A DNA stretch of 64,000 nucleotides, from positions 414,979 to 478,978 of the forward strand of contig QPGO01000008.1 in the NCBI GenBank assembly GCA_008632985.1, given 5' to 3'. The notes under the pieces are model-generated. The model worked only from the letters and a program-made list of their open reading frames with translations. It was not told where the DNA came from and made no database searches. This DNA comes from Psammoneis japonica (lineage: Eukaryota). Both the position numbers and the translations under genes were made by a program. Positions 60,665 through 64,000 of this stretch are shown piece by piece; within the stretch, counting starts at the first letter, position 1; each line of letters starts with the position of its first letter.

Positions 60665-61552
60665 CTACTTCTTTCTGGCTGAATTCTGGTATGGCCGCAA
60701 TACGTATTCATTGTCAGCTTCCTTCTGTTCCAAGGTCCCCAGCTTAATTTGGTACAACCGCATTTCAAACCGTGGCCCCACTTCATAGAGAACAACTTCT
60801 TGCTTGTGACTAGGTCCTTGTTTGGAATACATGTGATGACGAAAGGAGTAGTGTCCGCTTCCGTTGTTGGCAAAGGTAACTACGCGTTTGGAATCAGCCT
60901 TTGGAACAGGAAAGAGGCATTTCAAAATATTCCCCACTCGCTGACCAAGAGGCGTTGAATCATCATCAAACTGATGCAAAATTAAATGAGGATAGGCTTC
61001 CGACATGGGTGCTACGCCGTTCAAGTCGTGTCTGAGGACCGCGTTAGACAGTGAAAAGTACGCCGTCGGCCCAAAGGGCAAGTGACACACCACTAGCCCG
61101 TCGGGTTCACCACGTGTCTCCTGCACCAGCACCAAGTCTGTAAATTCCGAAGCTTTGCATGAATCAATCAATTCATCGACACGGTTGTTACCGCGGTTGA
61201 TGCGTGTTGAATTGGGAATCAGCAACTTGACTTCTTTTGCAAATTGCTTGAGACGAGATGACGGATCACGGCTCGTTGTCACACAGACTCGTGGATCAAT
61301 TATACCTGCCATACCATACTCGTCATCGACGTTGGTTTTGGGGGTTGACGTCTTGTCATCTTCCAAGTCAGTCTGTCTCTTTAAATCATCATAGGAAGCA
61401 CGGACTTCGGTTGGGAGCGGTTTTCCTTCGGCCAAGGCTTGTCGGACGATGCGTTTCTGTTCATACAACACTTTCTCTTGCCCCTGTAGCGATTTTCGAT
61501 AGAGGTATTCACGACGTAACCGTGTCTGACGACGTTGAGATGCAGATGACAT
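60665..61552 (-). CDS. IMP4: U3 snoRNP protein IMP4 (Brix domain)
   Basis: RRQTRLRREYLYRK, TTSRDPSSRLKQFAKE, ETRGEPDGLVVCHLPFGPTAYF, EVGPRFEMRLYQIKLGTL. Confidence 0.95.
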   Translation of the reverse strand: MSSASQRRQTRLRREYLYRKSLQGQEKVLYEQKRIVRQALAEGKPLPTEVRASYDDLKRQTDLEDDKTSTPKTNVDDEYGMAGIIDPRVCVTTSRDPSSRLKQFAKEVKLLIPNSTRINRGNNRVDELIDSCKASEFTDLVLVQETRGEPDGLVVCHLPFGPTAYFSLSNAVLRHDLNGVAPMSEAYPHLILHQFDDDSTPLGQRVGNILKCLFPVPKADSKRVVTFANNGSGHYSFRHHMYSKQGPSHKQEVVLYEVGPRFEMRLYQIKLGTLEQKEADNEYVLRPYQNSARKK

Positions 61553-61719
61553 GATCAACAACAACAAAGAGGACTTGAGGTTGCGATAGTAGATGTGTTG
61601 TGGAGCTCGCTGTGGTTGGCAAATTGAAACATGATGATAGCGATGCATTGCATGTTGCGGCTCCAGGCTTTTTTCGTGGCGGGAAATCATCGCCGTCGTA
61701 CGAAGCACGGTCTGACTGC

Positions 61720-61840
61720 TCCTCTCTACTAGCCTTAGCAGAAGTAAGTGCTCTCTACTCTAGCTAGAGAGTAGAGTAGCTAGCTAGCTAGCTAGCTAGC
61801 TAGTGGCAGCTACTCCAGCTAGAGAGTAGCTAGAGTAGAA
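61720..61840. repeat. TAG/CTA tract including (GCTA)n at left border of block 4
   Basis: tagctagagagtagagtagctagctagctagctagctagctagtggcagctactccagctagagagtagctagagtag. Confidence 0.85.
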
Positions 61841-62421
61841 CGCGTGGGCTCTCCGTGGGGCGTGATTGTGAGCATTGGTTTTTGAGAAGGCTCAAACAGA
61901 AGCCGACAACTCGTTTTTGTGTTCCAGTCAATGGCAACAGAGGCTGAACAGGGAAGCAAGTCATGATCCAGCAAAATGACAGACCAGCGGTGTGCAGCTG
62001 TGGCTGGTGAGAAAACAAAAGCTCTCAGCTTTCTGGACAACGCTGTGTGCAGCAACAGCCGTTTGGTCAAATTCGTGTGACGAAAAGCACAGCAAACAAA
62101 ATTGGCCACTTTTTTTTTGTTGCACATTCAAAGTCTTTTCTGGCTTTTTTGACAACTTTCACAGCACATGATGCAGAATGAGCAGCTGGCCACCAATGGC
62201 TTCTCTCTCTCTCTCTCTCTCTCTCTCTCCAGAACGAGCAAACGATCAAAATTGTTGAAGCCAATTTTCCATCAAATGTGACAAACAGACAGTGCCAGCA
62301 GCCAAGGTGGAGCTGCTCAGTTGGACATTTGTCCAACCATTTCAATGAACAGCAGAAACAACAATGTCAGCCAAAGTCAGGAGAATGAGACTTTTGCAGT
62401 GGCTTCATCAGTGGCTGGTCA

Positions 62422-62462
<41 letters not shown>

Positions 62463-64000
62463 GGGCCACCCAGGGGTGCAGGAGGTGCAATGTTTGCAGC
62501 AGGAAAGAGAAGGTTTCCAAGGTTGTGTGAGCGGCTGCAACAGACAATCATGTGGTCAAGGCCAATGTGTTGTCAAGCATGATTTTGAAGGTTTGAGAGG
62601 GGTTCACTTGATGGCAGATCATTCAGGTGACAGGGGATGTGCAGGAAGATGGGATTCAACTGGGGTTCTTGAGTTGGTCTGGCTGCATTTCTAAAGATGA
62701 GGTCGCAAGGTCGCACGCCTTTCAGAAGAGCAGCTGCAATCATCTGCTGGGCTTCTTGCAGCCTCGAGCTTGCAGTCAAAGGTGGAGCAGTCTCATTTTT
62801 GCTTTTGCACCTGCATTGTTGGAGCAAAGATTTTTGAAGCAGAAGAGCACACCCATGATCAGGCCGGCGAGCACTCCAGGTGGATGAGCTGAGTGGGGTG
62901 GAATGTGCACGTGGAGATTTGTTTTGTTTTTGTAGAGGGCAGTGTGAAGGTGGGAGCCTTGGAGCAAGATTGTGAGGTCCATGAAGTTAACTTGGTGGCT
63001 TCAGGTGCTCATGATCCAGGTGGTGTCAAAGTCATTGGGCCTGGAGGCAAATGCTTCCCAGGTGGTGGCATTGGCGGCTGTGTCTGCCATGTGCCAGATG
63101 CCAAAGACATCATCAATGAATCATTTGCAGCAAAATGGCTGGGAGCTAAACTCCTCCAGGAGCATGTCTTCATGAAGTGCACAATGTGGGGCAGCATGTA
63201 GAGGGGTGGGTGGTGTGCCCATGGTGGCTCCATTGCACTGGTGCCAGCTGGTGTCTCCGAATGTGAGTGCATCTTTGTCCATCACGATTCAGAGGGCTTG
63301 GATGATGGCATCCATTGGGTGCATCATTGCAGTTGTTTTTGTGACGTTGAAGACAGGATGCAATCAATCGACAAAGTGCTTTGTTGGCGGACATGTTGGA
63401 GCAGTGGGCCTCAGCATCAGATGTGAAGAGGAGGCAATTTGGTGGCATCTCCATTTGGACAAGTGCTTGTTTCATGTCCAGGGAGCTCTTGAAGTGTGTG
63501 ATTGTTGGTGGTGAGCAACCTTCTGGAGCTTGTCATCTAACCAGACACCTGAGCTGCAGAGCAAGCTGCTGCTGGCAGAGATGATTGGTCAGGATTGCAG
63601 TGGCAGGGGCTTGTGCTCCCCCATGGAGTGAGGCAGAAGACAGGGAACAGGTCTTCATTGGTTTCAAGGCAATGTTTTGGCTGCTTGCATTCCATTAGAG
63701 TGAGGCCAGCTCATTGTGCCTTGAGCCAATCACTGAGGAGTTTTTTGATGCAGCGTTCTTGGATTCTGGCTTCAAATTTGCTCAAGAATTGATGCAAGTT
63801 GGTGTTGTTAAAATGTCTTGGAATGCCATCTTGATGCATTCAGTCTTTTCAATGATGGAGAGTCCCAGGTTCTTGTCGCATTGAGCCTTTGTGAAGTCAT
63901 CTTGTTTGCAGAGGCAAGTGAGGACGTGACATTGGTGGGGCAGGAGGTGGGTTCTGCCTTGACATTTCACAAGAAGGTCAGTGACTTGTTTCTTGAAGGT
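61841..64000. mobile_element. hypermutated block 4, runs off window
   Basis: abrupt loss of TA right after 61840. Confidence 0.85.
62573..64000 (-). mobile_element. decayed Penelope-like element reverse transcriptase
   Basis: CDKNLG (~63870), LFTSDA, FGDTSWHQCNGATMGTPP, FIDDVFGIW (~63095-63120), VNFMDLTI, NLHVHIPPHSAHPPG. Confidence 0.85.

Noticed and set aside
61779..61803. (GCTA)n run as telomeric repeat
   Set aside because: Internal, short and unlike TTAGGG-type telomeres; part of the dispersed TAG/CTA tract class.

Overview
Eukaryotic nuclear DNA, most likely a pennate diatom (short GT-AG introns, ASAFAP-type bipartite plastid targeting peptides, diatom-typical gene families). About 20 ordinary genes (class 3 lipase end, three TPR proteins, vanadium haloperoxidase-like enzyme, PSMB3, ADP/ATP carrier, organellar TrpRS, CLP1, IMP4 and others) alternate with four sharply bounded blocks of decayed mobile DNA (~16.7-29.4, 39.7-49.25, 59.1-60.5, 61.85-64 kb). 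These blocks are almost free of TpA (none seen in 20786-23114), depleted of CpG and flooded with TpG/CpA. Conserved Tyr codons of recognisable retroelement proteins read as Cys/His and Arg codons as Gln/His/Trp/Cys. This points to a repeat-targeted hypermutation process (TA->TG/CA, the reverse of fungal RIP) acting on top of CpG decay. Reading through the damage reveals a CRE-like non-LTR element split by a 5.9 kb insertion, a Penelope-like RT, and a LINE-like element that appears to carry a DNMT3-like cytosine methyltransferase domain after its RT/RNase H. TAG/CTA-rich low-complexity tracts sit between genes and at several block borders. Most ORF-track entries inside the blocks are artefacts of missing TAA/TAG stops. 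Several genes carry 1-nt deletions that look like assembly errors, and there is an N gap at 31262-31460. All domain calls are by-eye motif recognition, not database searches.
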